Notes: generated by a model from the sequence alone, not told the origin. 64,000 bases of DNA from Rhina ancylostomus (GCA_030265395.1 JARFYF010000063.1:21547805-21611804); one strand, 5' to 3'. Counted from the first letter of the stretch, positions 1 through 12,000 are shown. Made by a program: numbers and translations.

Positions 1-127
1 TCTGAGGCAAGATTCCTTCCAGTTACTGCCTGTGTTTGTCCTGAGGAAGTTTCCTGACTCCAGTCTTGTATCAGTGTGCCGCATTTGGGTTCTGTGAGTT
101 TGCTCTCGATCAACATTGTGACAGGAA

Positions 128-1830
128 ATGCCCAGCAGATCAGGCAATATCTGTGGAGAGAGAAAACCAAGTTTATATCACTGATGGTTAACCTTACAGC
201 TGAGCTGGCTAGTTCTTATTTAAATAGAAAGGAGTGAGACTGAAATTGTTTAATTTGAGGCTTAAGTCTCCAGTTTGCCAAGAGAAAAGATGAGGTGCTG
301 CTCCTTAAGCTCACATTGAGCCTTGTTGGAAGAGATCAGAGGGCCACAGACAGATGGAGAATTAAAGTGGCAGGAACTGGAAGTTCAGGGTCAGCCCTGC
401 AGACTGAGCAGAGGTACTCCATTGAAAAGACCACATTGTTGATGTGGAATGCCAAACACCAGACTGGAAGAAATGCAAGCAAACCACTGCTCCCCTTGGA
501 AGGACTGTTTGGATCACTGGATGGTGGGATGGGAAGAGGTAAAAGGACAGGTGATGCATTTCCTGTGGTTGCATGGGAAAGAGAATGGTGCCTTTGGAAT
601 GCTGAAGAGGTGCATCTGGTGTTGGAATCTTATTGTCACTGGTGGAAATTGTGAAGATTTATCCATTGAATGCAATGGCTGGTGGGAGGGGTGAGGGTGG
701 GATGGTGAAGAGGAGGAGAACTGTCTTTCCTCTGTCTGGGAGGAAAAGTGTTGAGAGCAGAGGTGTTGGGAATTAATGATACACAGTTCAGAGCTCTGAT
801 CTCCAGAGGGAAAGCCATGGTCAAGGAAAAAAGAAGGCATCTCAGAAGCACTGTTGTGAAACATCTCATCAGATCAGAGAGGTCAGATGGAGGAACTAAG
901 AGACTGGAATGGAGTCACTAAAGAATGAGAGGACAAGAAGCAGAATGGGATGAAGCATAGTCAAGATGGCTGCGGAAATTTGTGGGCTTGTTAGGATGTT
1001 TATTACTATCCTATCTTCTGAAATGCAGAGACATCCAGAAAGGGAGGGGAAAAGTCAGACCATGTGAAGGTGAGAGCAGTGTGGAAGTTGGCAGCAAACT
1101 AATGAAACTTTTGAGTCAGTATGAGTACAGGAAGTACTTCAATGCAGTCATCGATATTCCACAGAGAGGGGTTAAGGGAGTGGCCTGAGAAGGACTGAAA
1201 CATTGTTGCTTGCATCCCACAGAGGCAGGCATAGCACCAGACCATGCAAGTTCTGGAGAATGTGAGTGGAAGGAGAAATTGTTCAATGTTAGGATAAGTT
1301 CAGGCAGGCAAATGAATGCATTGATGGAGTGTCCTCTATTCAGGGAAGAAGTGAAGGGCCTTTAGACCCTCTGTGGGGTGGACATGCAGAGGAATTTTGT
1401 CCATGGTAAAGATTGGGACTAGGAAACTGGAAACTGTCGAAATGGCAGAGAGCACCAGCGATATCACTGATGGGAAGGGACAGGACCATGGGAGAAAGGC
1501 TGGAGTCAGGGTAGGAGGAAATCTTTGGGACAAGAGCAGGCTGAGACAATGGTTCTGTCTGGACACACCAGCTTGTGGATCTTGGGCAAGAGGTAGAAGT
1601 GGGCTGTGCAGGGCTGGGAAATGACAAAGCTGGAAGTTGCGGGGGGAAGGTCTCTGACTGTCTGGGAGAATATGCTGATGTTCAATGCTGCAGTCATGGT
1701 CCAAAGGGAGGTTTGAGGAGGTGCCTGGGAGCCACATAGAGCTCCAATTGTCAAACACCACTGCATCATATTTGTCGGCTTGGTTCTTATTGAACTCAAT
1801 GCAGAGGCGGGGAGGTTAGTTAGTAAGAGG
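128..1830 (-). mobile_element. Decayed Penelope-like retroelement (RT and GIY-YIG remnants)
   Basis: Frameshifted fragments QPCTAHFYLLPKIHK..CPDRTIVSACSCP, IFTMD..P..EGLKALHFF and FPCNHRKCITCPFTSS are typical of Penelope-like ORFs. Confidence 0.85.
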
Positions 1831-2306
1831 AATGGAAAAATTGAGACAGNNNNNNNNNNNNTGGCTGTTAGCAATGAATAGATCTAGAGAGGGTAAGAAG
1901 CCAGATCTAGAGGTCCAGGTAGGTCACCAGTTCTGGAGACAGAAGAAAGATGAAGACCCAAGGCAAAGGAATTGTTGTTCTTTACAAGGTCACTTTATCA
2001 ATTGGAATATTGTAGTTGGCAAAGAGATTTCTGTTCCTTTCCAGAGGATCTGTAAAATGGATACTCCCCCCAGCACAGACAAGCCTCACATTAACAAATA
2101 CAATCTTCACCCACATGCTTTTCGATTCTTTCAAAATAATGCGTACAACAGAAAATAGCCCAGTGTTCAAGGAGGGAGTAGTGTTTATTTGAAAGCACTT
2201 CCTCTCGCCTTGGGCAGCAAGTAAATAGGTTGATGTTCAAACAGTACTGGTTCCACTAAGTGTTTGAGTTAGAACACTGCTGCGTAAATTTCTCACAGTT
2301 GGACGG

Positions 2307-2311
2307 ATTGG
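2307..2311 (-). promoter_or_regulatory. Inverted CCAAT box (NF-Y candidate)
   Basis: ATTGG on + strand within the CpG-rich proximal promoter. Confidence 0.3.
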
Positions 2312-2388
2312 TGGCCGATTGATTGAAAGGGGGCTGTCTTTCCCTGTTCCTCCTTTGTAATTTGATCGCTGTGGGCTTTCCTCCGTCA

Positions 2389-2401
2389 GGTAACGATTGA
2401 T
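2389..2401 (+). promoter_or_regulatory. HNF1-like site
   Basis: GGTAACGATTGAT versus consensus GTTAATNATTAAC; 27 nt upstream of the SRE, matching the human arrangement as recalled. Confidence 0.6.
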
Positions 2402-2407
2402 ATGAAT

Positions 2408-2420
2408 GGATGGTCCGATG
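2408..2420 (+). promoter_or_regulatory. HINFP-like element between the HNF1 site and the SRE
   Basis: GGATGGTCCGATG versus human GGATCGTCCGATG (recalled); GTCCG core. Confidence 0.55.
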
Positions 2421-2428
2421 TGAAAGCG

Positions 2429-2438
2429 GTGGCGTGAT
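2429..2438 (+). promoter_or_regulatory. Sterol regulatory element (SREBP site) of PCSK9
   Basis: GTGGCGTGAT (reverse complement ATCACGCCAC), the same decamer I recall for the human PCSK9 SRE; about 60 bp upstream of the TATA box. Confidence 0.85.
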
Positions 2439-2464
2439 CCTCAGCCTAGGGACCCTGTTGACGC

Positions 2465-2472
2465 GGGGGCGG
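2465..2472 (+). promoter_or_regulatory. GC box (Sp1-type)
   Basis: GGGGGCGG between the SRE and TATA; Sp1 is a typical SREBP co-factor. Confidence 0.5.
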
Positions 2473-2496
2473 CGAGCTCACACCTGCCTGAACAGG

Positions 2497-2504
2497 TATA
2501 TAAA
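2497..2504 (+). promoter_or_regulatory. TATA box of PCSK9
   Basis: TATATAAA about 120 bp upstream of the ATG. Confidence 0.7.
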
Positions 2505-2620
2505 GCAGCACATGTGCCAGAAACCACTGAGCGAGTTTACCACCAGCAGTGCCACAGCAGCCGCAGGAACAGGACTCCTGTCCCACATCTAACCGGCCGC
2601 TCTCATACACGCCCTCCACC

Positions 2621-2794
2621 ATGGGCGGCTTCTGGGCAAGCTTACTGATTATCTTCTGCTCTGCATCTTTGTCGGCCGTCTCGGAGTTTGCAGGGGAGCA
2701 GCAGATCGATGAGGGGGAGACTCTTCAGGACTATGAGGTGGAGTCTGAGAGCAGGAACCAGAACAAGCCTGCACCCTTCCACCGCTCCAACACA
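2621..2794 (+). CDS. PCSK9: PCSK9 exon 1 (signal peptide plus acidic prodomain N-terminus)
   Basis: Kozak ccaccATGG; [58 protein letters not shown]; donor gtaagc at 2795; FHR matches the end of human exon 1. Confidence 0.9.
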
Positions 2795-5700
2795 GTAAGC
2801 TCCGCCTTGGGTTTCTCAGCATTCTGCACCCTTCAGTTTATTTCTGTTATTCGCTCCATGTCCTATCAGCATTTCGCCGTTTCCACCTTTCTAATGATGT
2901 TCCAACGCCGCCACTTGTGCGCGCTTTGCCTCTGACTTTGCTTCCTTGCTCGAAATCTTTCTGTGCAAAGCTCCAACCTCACTGATGTAAAGAGTGAAGG
3001 AAGGCTGTGACCAGAGAAGAAAACGAACTATATCCGCTCTTTGCATTTGCGGTTTATTTCTTATTTGGGTAAAAACGTGCAAACTGTGTCTGGTCTGGAC
3101 AGGAATTTAGTGGGGAGTCCAAATGCAAATTAAAATGAGATTATCTAAACGTTTCAAATTGTTTGCTGTATCCCATCTGCAGACACTTGAGTGCGTCTGC
3201 AACAATGAATGTTAGTGAACTGTAATTCGAGAAATGCCCACCAGTGTAGTAACTTACTGGAGGGGCGGATTGGAGTGGGTTTCGATGCATCCTCGTTAAC
3301 AACCCGATCTAAACAGGATTCTTCAGATTTTGGAAGTTTCAGGCAAAAACAGAATCCGCTGAGAGCAGTCAGCAGGTTAGACCGCATCGGCGGAGGGAGA
3401 AACAGAGTTAACGTTTCAGGTCAATGACATTTCCTGGGACGTTGGCTGTTTGTCTCGCCGCTGACCGATCGATTCCTTGGATTATTGTTCCGGCACCCCG
3501 GTGCATTTTATTCAAACAATAAAAGCTTGACTACAGCAGCGGACTGCGGGGCTGCGANNNNNNNNNNTGATTTCCCGTCCCCCCCCCCCCCCGCAAAAAT
3601 ATCCACGTCTGGGTGATCTGCCTGTAAGGGAACCGATATTCTGCCGTGTTGTAGCATTGGACCAGAGATACTGAGCTCTAGCTATAGGAAGAAAGGTAGA
3701 CCTTTCAGCTCTCTTATCACCAATCATTTAAATCACGACTAATTCCATTATCGGTATCCACTTGTATCTATAGCCCAGGAGGGCTTTCTTTAATTTAAAA
3801 AAAATCAAAGCAGGATATCAAACAATGCAGGATATGGATTGTGCAAGGAAAAGTTGGTTGGTAATGGGACAAGTGTTGAAACAAAATCAAAATTATCAAT
3901 TTCAGCCCTGAATATTTGGGATAACTAAGCTGCTACAGTTTGGCGACGGGTGACAGTGCCAGATGTCCAAGTGCTACCAATATTAAGACCGTATTATTCC
4001 TCGCCAGAGGACTGAATTGGAGACACGGGAGACTGCAGGTGCTGGACTCCGGAGCGACTCACAAGCGGCTGGAGGAACTCAGCGGGTTGAGCAGCCTCCT
4101 CCACCCACTGAGTTCGTCCGGCGGCTTCTTTGTTGCCCCAGCGGACAGAATCCGCTCGACCTAGCCCTGCAGCCTTAGAGCTGGTTTAAATGGTTACTGG
4201 CATCCGCACTTCTGCACCAGGTTCAAGGATCTCACTGAAGGGGGAGGGAAACCAGCCAGTGTTCATGGTCCGTATCCGAACAAAGCCCCGGGGAATCGGG
4301 AGCAGTGGGTCGCTTGGACTGGCAACCTGTAATCTGCGGGGATCGGTGCTGGGGCTGCAACTATCTGCAAATAACTACATTAACAGAGACACAGATGTTG
4401 GCATCTGGAGCAATNNNNNNNNNNNNNNNNNNNNNNNNNNNNNNNNNNNNNNNNNNNNNNNNNNNNNNNNNNNNNNNNNNNNNNNNNNNNNNNNNNNNNN
4501 NNNNNNNNNNNNNNCGCGTTGGAGAAAGGAATGGTCGACGTTGTGGGTCCAGACCCTGTACTAGGACTGAGAATGCAGAGGGAGTTGGCGCGACGCTCTA
4601 ACAGCGCCAGCGATCGGGGTTCAATTCCCGCCGCTGTCTGTAAGGAGTTTGTTCTCCCCCTGTCTGCGTGGGTTTCCTCCGGGTGCTCCGGTTTCCTCCC
4701 ACATTCTAAAGACCTACCAGTAGGTTAATTTGGGGTTTAAAATGGGTGGCGAGGACTCATTGGGCTGGAAGGGCCTGTTACCACGAAAGACAGCTGGTAT
4801 TAAGATGGGGGGAGGGGGGTCAGAGATAATTGTTGGACTGAGGAGTGGTGAAGGATGACGGGCAGATGGAGCCAAATGGGCGAGGGGAAGGGGGTGGAAT
4901 TGGGACCCAGCGGCAGGTGGAAGCAGACAAGGGAGAATAAAACAGGGAGATGCCTGGGGGGGGGAGAGGTGTGGGGAAGGTTGTTAACTTAAGTGCAAGG
5001 ACAGAATGTACCATAACCAAATTTGCTGCTGATAGGATAGGTGGGCCAACAAGTTGCAAGGAGGATACAACAAATCTACACAATCACATAGATTAAGCGA
5101 GCAAGAAGTTGGCCGATGGAGAATAATGTGAGGTTATCCACTTTGAAAGGAAGAATGAAAAATAAAATTATTGCTTCAGTGGTGTGAAACTTCAGAGTGT
5201 TGCGATACTTGAAGGTTATCATGCAGGGACGGCACGTAATTGGGAAGCTAAATAGAATGGTGGCCTTTCTTGCAGCGGACCATAAAAGTAGGAAAGTTTT
5301 GATGCAGCTCTACAGGGTGACTTGGAATACCGTGCACACTCTGGTCTTCCTACTAAAGGAAGCTTGTGCTTGCATTGGAGACAGTACACAGAGAGTTCAC
5401 TGGAGGGATTCCTGGATTGAATTAGTTGACATATGAGGAAAACAGGGAGATCGATCTGGGGTGGGGGGAGGTTAATAACTTGAGTGCAAGGACAGAATGT
5501 ACTGTAGCCAATATAAGGATAGGTGGGTTAACTTGTCGCAAGGTTGAACAATTTGGCCAATACTCTTTGGAGCTTGGAAGACTTGGCAGAATGAGAGATT
5601 TTTTTACTGAAACAGAAGATTCTGAAAGATTTTGACAGGGTGGATGCTTAGAGAATGTTTCTCTAAGTGGGGGTATCTGGAACTCGGGGCATAAGTTCAG

Positions 5701-8700
5701 AATAAGAGGTCATCCATTTTGGACAGAGGGGGTGTTTCTTCTCTCAGACTGTTGGGAATCTTTGAAACCCTCTACCCTGGAGAGCTCCGGAGGCAGTGTT
5801 GTTGAATAAGTACAAGGGAGTCAGAGGGTAATGGAAAACGTGGGAAAGGTGTTGAGGCCAAGATTGGATCTGCCATGATCTTAATGAGATGGTGGACCAG
5901 GCTCACAAAGCCAATTGGCCTCCTCCTCCTTCTGTCTTTTAGGTTTCCAGATCCACAGCAAAGTTTTTAACTCTTTATTGTCCTCTGAAATAATCTGGAA
6001 AGTCATTTAGATGTCTCCATGGCTTCCACAAGGGTCCTTTCTGGAAAGTCTTGCCTATGTCACATGTAAGAATAAAAAACCTCCTGGATCTCCTTATATG
6101 ACTTGTGTAACATTTTGTCCAATAACATTCCTGCAAACTGCTTTGGGAGTTTTATTATTTTCAATGTGCTTTATAGATGTAAGTTGGATCAGAAAATTAT
6201 TTCTTCGAACAAGTACAATGAAATTCTTTTTTAGTTAAATCTCACTCAGTGTAGTTGATAACTGACTCAGCATTTCTGCTTGGTGATATGATGAGATAGA
6301 GAAAGCGTTCAACTTAAATCCAGCTACCCAATGGGTGAATGAAGTACTAACCAATTAAACACCATTCTGATTTATAGTTAAGATTAAAATCCATTTCTCA
6401 AGCTGACTTAACTACGATACATCTTCGTTATTGTATTTCCAGACTGGTTGNNNNNNNNNNNNNNNNNNNNNNNNNNNNNNNNNNNNNNNNNNNNNNNNNN
6501 NNNNNNNNNNNNNNNNNNNNNNNNNNNNNNNNNNNNNNNNNNNNNNNNNNNNNNNNNNNNNNNNNNNNNNNNNNNNNNNNNNNNNNNNNNNNNNNNNNNN
6601 NNNNNNNNNNNNNNNNNNNNNNNNNNNNNNNNNNNNNNNNNNNNNNNNNCATGGTAAAGTCGATGCCTCCCCTTTGTTGAGTGTGGGGTGGGGGGGGGGG
6701 TTGGGGAATTGAGGTGAATTAAATATGAATAAGAAAGAGCAATGTGTTAAATATGAGTGTGGGAGGGAGAGGGGTAGTTCCAAGTGTTATCGGTTGGTGT
6801 GAGTTTATTTGAACTGTGTAATGCTTGGAAATGGTCGTGTAAACAACTCTGTTTAGATTCCCAGGTGAAGTTAGTGGAAGCTGCAGCAGAAGCCTGTTTT
6901 GCAGAATCTGAACTGTCAGCCAGCCTCTGCTGGCCTTTCACTTCTTCATAACGTCTGTAGCTTATACATTAATGTCTGGGAAGCAACATGAATAATAGGG
7001 CAGGAGGAAAACCATTTGGCATAGTCTTGAGAACAATGCTTTTTGCATATTAAATCACCTTTGCAATATCTTTGAACCAAAAGTTTAAAAAAAACCAAAG
7101 AACAGTTGTACACATGTGGCTACAAGTGTTGAAGCAACTCCTTCCAGGGGCTTTAGATTGCCTTGAACGTATATTTTGAAGTCAATAAACATTCTACACA
7201 AAAGATGCATTTCACTGTGTGTTTCGATGTACATGTGGCTAATAAAGAAATCCATCAATACATGGATGGTTTCTGCATAGTGTGGATCCAAGACAAAATC
7301 AATCCCTTCATATTTGAAAGTTAAAACAAAGCTTTCAACCCTTGAGTAAAGCCATGGATCCAAGTCCTGCTCTAGAGACATGGTGATGTAATGAATAGTT
7401 GACACTCCAGCCCAGTACTGAGGGAATGCTTTCTGCTGGATTCATGCCCTATTTTGAATTACAAGTGGATGGAAAAATAACCCATGTTGTTATATCGAAG
7501 ACAAAATAATGAGTTCTCTCCAGTACCCTGACGAATACATATCTGTCACATAACATAGGTTAAAAATAGATTATCTGATCATATTCAAATTGCTTTTTGT
7601 GGACTTTGCTGTGCAATATAACCGATATTGCAACAGTGACTACATTTCAGAAGAATTGCATTGGTTGTAAAGTGTTTTTGGAATGCCCTTTGATATTGTT
7701 AAAGGTTCTACTGCAAGTCTTTCTAATCACGTTACTCTTCTCTGTATAACAAATATCCATTTAGAAGTGTACTTTGTGAAATCTTTTGCACAGGCTCTGA
7801 GGCTACCTCACATTGAGTATATTGAAGAAGACTCATCCTTGTTTGCTCAGACTGTCCCTTGGAATCTAAATCGAATTGTTCCTTCAGGGAACACAGCAGA
7901 ACAGTATACCCCACCAAGTGAGTCTTTTTTTATATCTTGACATACAAAGACAAATTAATGACATTGTCGTTAATAACTAAATAAGCTAAACTAACATCTG
8001 CATGTCCTCTCAAAAACCTTAATCTTCTATCATATGTAGAAATTGTATAGTTTTGTTTGTATATGGTAAAGGGCTAATGGCATTTTCATTCACTTTCAAC
8101 CTTGTGCCAATCAGAGATTCCCACAATGCAGAGTTAAAATCCTTGTGCTGAACTCTCATGGTACGAACTTACTCCAATCTCAGAACTGCTTGTGCATTCC
8201 TCTTCCCCACACCAGGCTGTGAGCTAGCAGAGGCAATGCAGTGCCAATTTGTGGCCATTTTACATTTCAGTTATATATATATATATATATATATATAAGG
8301 AAGCATGATTATGCAGTTTTCTTGTAATTGTATATGCTAATACTTCACTTCATATTTTGTTAGATAACGGTGATCTGGCAGAAGTTTACTTACTTGATAC
8401 TAGTGTGCAGACCAACCATCGAGAGATTGAAGGGAAAATTTTTGTAACAGATTTTGAAAGTGTCCCAGAAGAAGATGGCACTCGATTCTATCAGCAGGTA
8501 ACTCGGTCACTGAAGTAACTTGGAAATTTCTGTGCTAGATGAAGTAATTAATTGGTTGAATGGTTTATCAAATAGTTTCAGAGCAGAGATTTCTACAGCA
8601 AGATTAGGGGAGCTGGCTCTTCGTTTAATAATTAATTCCTTATTCCAAAGATCACTGGGAAGATTGACTATTGATGAAAGAGGCACATAAGGATTGTTTG

Positions 8701-8968
8701 AAGTGCACTGGAAGACCACAATAAGACATACCTGTACTTGCACAGCAAAGCCTCAAAAACTATATTGCATTTAGGATCTGACATTTTTTTCTTTAAAAAA
8801 ACTTTTGGGATTTTGGCAAAGCTAACAGTTGTTATCCATNNNNNNNNNNNNNNNNNNATAAGGTGGTGATTGGCTTCTTCAACTGCTGCAGTCAGTGGCA
8901 AAGATACTCTGTCATTACTCAGGGATTTACAATCATTTAAGCTTAATTACTTTTCAGAGTGGCATTTT

Positions 8969-9008
<40 letters not shown>

Positions 9009-12000
9009 TAAACCAATGTTATTGGTAGTCAAGGGGTGGGCTGGTGGGTGGGGAGCTGCCACTTCTCCCACCTTGTACAGGTCCCTGACGGCACTGTTAA
9101 AATGGAGAGTTTCAGAACTTCTTACCTCTTGCTGATGAAAAGTTACGATGGTGTCTGATGTGGAGAGAAACCTGGAAATGCTCACCTATGTATTATCACT
9201 GAATGCATCTTCAGTTTGTCTCATTGAGGCAGATCCTTGAGTTCTCTGGATAACAGGATAATTAAAATGGTTTGGTGCCTAAGGAAAGTCAATCAGTGCT
9301 AATGATACAATCAATTTCCATTTTCATGGTCACTGCTAGAGACAATACTGTTCACCCCATTGAAATCTGAAAAGCAACATTGAGGGCATGCACTGGGCTT
9401 CCTTATTTAGACGCATGGGGACAAAATTATTTTCTATGTGGCAGTACTTCTTGACACAGTGAAAACCATCACTTGTTCTGGCCTTGAAGTTATTTGCATT
9501 TTTCCACAGTTACGCAAATCTAGTTGTGCTTTCTGGTTCCTGCTCAAGAGCTTCTCTTATAATCAGATAGTTTTGCCTTCTTTGCCCCTGCAGGCTAATA
9601 AATGCGATAGCCATGGAACACACACTGCGGGAGTGGTGAGTGGGCGTGACTCTGGTGTTGCCAAAGGAGCAAATGTCCGCACTGTGAGAATTCTCAACTG
9701 CCAGGGCAGGGGTACAGTAAGTGGAGCACTGGCTGGTGAGTACCATCTTTATACTGAGACAAAACTGAGCTACTGTCTATGCTGGGATGTGCCAAGCTGG
9801 GAGGAAACAGAGCAGGCTGCTTAAAGTCATTCTTGCATTTACTTTACTGCCCAGTTTACATGACCTTTATACAGAATTTATATTACTAATAATTTACATT
9901 CACCAGATTGTCAGGGCAAGGTGCACAGGATAGCCAAGATCAAGTGAAGGGCAGAAGAGTATAAAACAGGGTATCAAATGACTGGAGCTTCAATGAGAAT
10001 ATCTTCAGATAAGAGGAATTGAAGAGTTACAATACTGAGTTGAGGAGACACAGAATTTTCAAAAATAAAATTGTTATGATCTTTGACTTTTTCCTTACTT
10101 GTTTTTAAATTGAACTTGACCGTATACTTTTTTTCATAAATTTGTTTAAATTTGGACTTAAATTTTACTTAAAACAAGAAAAGTTCACCACTTCTGCACC
10201 TTGATATTTTTGTCCTTTTCATACCATTGCAATGTTTAGTTTCTCCAGTGCTTGGCCACCTTTTGGTATGGATCATCCTGCCTGTTCCAATTTTCTTCCA
10301 TCAATTAATTTGAAATATGTTTTGGCACATCTGGTTGGGGAGCTGATTTTCCTGCATTTAGTACCAGTGTATTCAAATCAAAGAGAAAGTGCTTACAGTT
10401 CTACTTGTTAAAATTCTGGACTGGATTTTTTTTTCCTCTTAAGAGGTAATGAAATCTGCTTTCATTTCATGATTAGACCTGAGACCTAAACAGGTGAGGC
10501 AGAAATAGAGGAGACTTTAAAGATAATTACTGTTCCTCTGTTCTTTAGGTTTGGAGTTCATCAGGAAAACTCTGATGGTTCAGCCCTACCAACCTTTGAT
10601 CGTGCTGTTGCCCTTTGTTGGAGGATTTAGTCAGACCCTGAACTCAGCCTGCAGACAATTGGCATGGACAGGTGTGGCATTGATTGCAGCTGCCGGGAAT
10701 TACAAGGATGATGCCTGCTTGTATTCACCTGCATCAGAACCAGAGGTATGTTTGTCTTTCTGATTAGAAGCAGTGTTGATAGTTCAGTTGATTTAAGGAA
10801 GCGCCAAGATATTAGGGTTGAATTTTGTGCCTCTGAGATTCATGATGGTTGACGAGCTGGGGCTGTTCTGGTGCTGCTTTTGATGGTTGGTTCATAATAA
10901 GGGAAGGGTTTACGAAAAGTATGGTTGCATAGGTGTTGTGTTTATACACACACCTGGTATTTAAACTAATACATGTTTTATGTCTGTATTATAATTCCTA
11001 GTCCAGTCATTTTTATCTTATTAAAGATTTACATCAGTCAATTTGCTCATCTCTCATTGAAGCTTTGGCAATCTAATAGCCCAAAGAGTGCATACAGCAG
11101 AACTTCTAAGACAACAGGATTAATAATTAGGTTAGGTTAAATCTTTAAAATAGTTATATTTAAATCAATTCAAGCTGACTTGGATGTCGGAGGATTTGAC
11201 AACTCTGTTCTATCACAGCTAATGAACACATGTCATATCCAGGCAACTTACAAGGGATGTAAGCAAAGAACCAAAGTATCAGATGAAATAAATTATACAA
11301 AAATTAACAAGCAGCTCGTTTTCATTTCAGGTTATCACTGTAGGAGCCACAAATTACAACAACCAGCCAACTACAGCTGGAACCCTGGGAACAAACTTTG
11401 GTCGTTGCGTTGACCTTTTTGCTCCTGGTGATGACATTGTCAGTGCTTCCAGTGACTGCCTCACATGCTTCACTTCGAAGAGTGGAACATCACAGGCTGC
11501 AGCTCATGTGGCAGGTACAGAGCGCAGACAGCAACAGGGCTGAGGAAACGCCAGCGCACAAATAGCTGCCCCACAGCTTTTTGGGATGCAGCAGTGGTTC
11601 ACGGGTCCTGTCTTCCACCCCAGCTGCCACATTCACCCATGTTCATGTGGAAAGGTACAGAAGTACTGGATGAAAAATATGACGATGCTGGAGGAACTCA
11701 GCAGGCCAGGCACAATCCGTGGAGAAAAACAGGTGGTCAGCTTCAAGGGTCCTGAGCCATAACATTGACCACCTGCTTTTCTCCACGGATGCTGCCTGGC
11801 CTGCTGAGTTCCTCCAGCATCATCGCGTTTTTCATCTGGATTCCAGCATCTGCAGTCCTTTGTTTCTACAGAAATACTGGAGCTGTCCATTATTTGATAA
11901 CTAAGGTGGACAGTTTCACACCTTGTTATTCATCATCTCCTCACCTGGTAGCTTTTGCATGCTTGAGGGCAACAATTCTTATTATATCTCCTCACTGGAG

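Noticed and set aside
1-123. Possible end of an LTR (catttgggttc...tgtgaca)
   Set aside because: Truncated by the window edge, so neither the other terminus nor a TSD can be checked.
6011-6238. [15 protein letters not shown]... as a candidate PCSK9 exon 2 (superficially like PWRLPG)
   Set aside because: No further prodomain similarity; the gap-flanking splice signals at 6443 and 6653 fit better.
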